Shown here: piece by piece, positions 62,962-64,000 of the stretch | How positions within the stretch are numbered: the stretch's first letter is position 1 | How the letters are laid out: each line of letters opens with the position of its first letter | DNA from: an uncultured Anaerolineae bacterium | GTDB taxonomy: Bacteria; Chloroflexota; Anaerolineae; Aggregatilineales; UBA3940 | Reading direction: 5' to 3' | DNA: 64,000 nt | Assembly: GCA_964439625.1 (NCBI GenBank) | Contig: CAYTPI010000001.1 | Coordinates: 4,948-68,947, forward strand | Translations under genes and position numbers: made by a program | Notes under the pieces: model-generated | Told to the model about the DNA's origin: nothing | Databases searched by the model: none | Seen by the model: only the letters and a program-made list of their open reading frames with translations

Positions 62962-63820
62962 ACACCAGGCACCTCAACTGCGCGTTGGCGAGCGCTTGAC
63001 GGGGCAAGAACCAATGATTGGTACGCGCATCGAGAAAGAGCTATCAGCCGGACGCCGGATTGCCGGTGCCTTAAAGATTGGCTCCCAAACCGTCAACGGC
63101 TTGCTGGCAGGTACCTTTGGGGGCGATACTAACCCGCAGCGCATTATCAACAACCTGAGCTATTCACTCGAACACGATGAACGCCCCGCCGTTAGACGCT
63201 CGGCAGCAGTGGCGCTGGGGCGTATTGGGGGGAAGCGTGCGTCCAAAGCGCTCGCACAGTGTCTGCACACTGAGGCCCCATCATCTCTGCTGCTGATCGT
63301 TATTCAGAGTTTGGGACAGGCCAACCACCCGCTTGCCGTCCCGTCTCTCTTAGACGTGCTGTCGGACCCACAACAGCTAGAATTACATGCAGCCGTCTGT
63401 TTGGTACTGGGCCGCATCGGGGCCAAGCACGCTGAAGCCGTGCCCGATGTTTTGCCCGTTCTTCTTAACTGTTTACAAACTGGAACAGATGAAGTTAGGA
63501 AGACTGCTTTCAAGGCCCTGGCTGCTATCAGGGATACCGCATCTCTTGACAATTTGCTGACGGCACTGACTTCCGGTGATGCTATGACCCGCCAAGCAGC
63601 AGCGTCTATGCTGGGGTGGCAGCGTCGCATTGAGGCCATACCGGACTTACTCTATGCCCTGCGTGATGATGACGGCGACGTCAGGCGGGCGGCGGCTGAC
63701 GCGCTGATTATCATCGGTGATTCGCGTGCAGTGCCCGGTCTGTTGGCAGCCTGCCGTGACCCAGACCGTGAGGTGCGGTCTGCGGCAGCATACACGTTGG
63801 AGCGTATCGGTACACACTAA
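62954..63820 (+). CDS. HEAT-repeat (PBS-lyase-type) protein
   Basis: VRRSAAVALGRIGGKRA, DVRRAAADALIIIGDSRAVPGLLAACRDPDREVRSAAAYTLERIG. ATG 62954 overlaps the previous stop by 8 nt. Earlier in-frame starts are possible. Confidence 0.8.
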   Translation: MRKHQAPQLRVGERLTGQEPMIGTRIEKELSAGRRIAGALKIGSQTVNGLLAGTFGGDTNPQRIINNLSYSLEHDERPAVRRSAAVALGRIGGKRASKALAQCLHTEAPSSLLLIVIQSLGQANHPLAVPSLLDVLSDPQQLELHAAVCLVLGRIGAKHAEAVPDVLPVLLNCLQTGTDEVRKTAFKALAAIRDTASLDNLLTALTSGDAMTRQAAASMLGWQRRIEAIPDLLYALRDDDGDVRRAAADALIIIGDSRAVPGLLAACRDPDREVRSAAAYTLERIGTH

Positions 63821-64000
63821 TTATAGGACAATCGTCTTAAACTATGATAAATCTCTCATACCCGTGGCTTAAGCCACAGGCTAGCGGTGAAGAAGTGCAG
63901 CGCTAGCAACAGGTTGCTCGTCAGAGCGCTCGGATAGGGTATTTAGGCAAGCATTCATAAGACGCTGAAGCGTCTAACGGAAGGCCAGCAATAATAGTAG

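Noticed and set aside
63856-63869. Palindrome GTGGCTTAAGCCAC after the last HEAT gene as a terminator
   Set aside because: As a hairpin it gives only a 5-bp stem with a 4-nt loop and no U-tract. Too weak to call.

Overview
64-kb chromosomal window of a moderately GC-rich bacterium. Its style is Chloroflexota-like or other Terrabacteria-like, but taxonomy cannot be fixed without a database search. I support about 60 protein genes and 3 tRNAs: Arg-ACG on +, Cys-GCA and Gly-GCC on -. I also support several hairpin terminators, two internal repeat structures and two decayed genes. I saw no rRNA, CRISPR array, transposase, integrase or phage gene. Recognisable housekeeping content includes HU, HtpG, PPK2, type I phosphomannose isomerase, a SorC-regulated 2-oxoacid dehydrogenase E1a/E1b/E2 set, FGGY kinase, GH13 amylase, CrcB, ArsC, a LmbE-type deacetylase, an M50 protease, an Lrp/EamA pair and two ECF sigma/anti-sigma pairs. 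The window is unusually rich in membrane-anchored repeat proteins (TPR, WD40, PD40, HEAT, LRR, FAS1) and in lineage-specific hypotheticals. No single complete novel system is proven from sequence alone. The best candidates for undescribed biology follow. (1) A SAM-methyltransferase fused to a Ddl-like ATP-grasp, with a translationally coupled Arg-rich 61-codon ORF, next to a decayed 2,3-aminomutase (22.9-25.8 kb). (2) A tightly packed three-gene cassette: DUF4291-like, a 141-aa unknown, and a ConA/GH16-like protein (13.4-15.2 kb). (3) An ATP-grasp gene overlapping a eukaryote-like LRR gene (49.9-51.6 kb). (4) A SigK/RskA-type ECF pair directly linked to a five-domain fasciclin protein (30.6-34.5 kb). 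(5) A HEAT-repeat gene followed by a CheY-like receiver split by a 1-nt homopolymer frameshift (39.3-40.6 kb). (6) An anti-sigma factor whose poly-Asp tail is encoded by a 15-bp tandem repeat (55.56-55.70 kb). (7) A 429-nt GC-rich intergenic segment after htpG with nested long-range pairing (61.75-62.18 kb). All functional calls rest on motifs I recognise in the translated ORFs. No database search was run.
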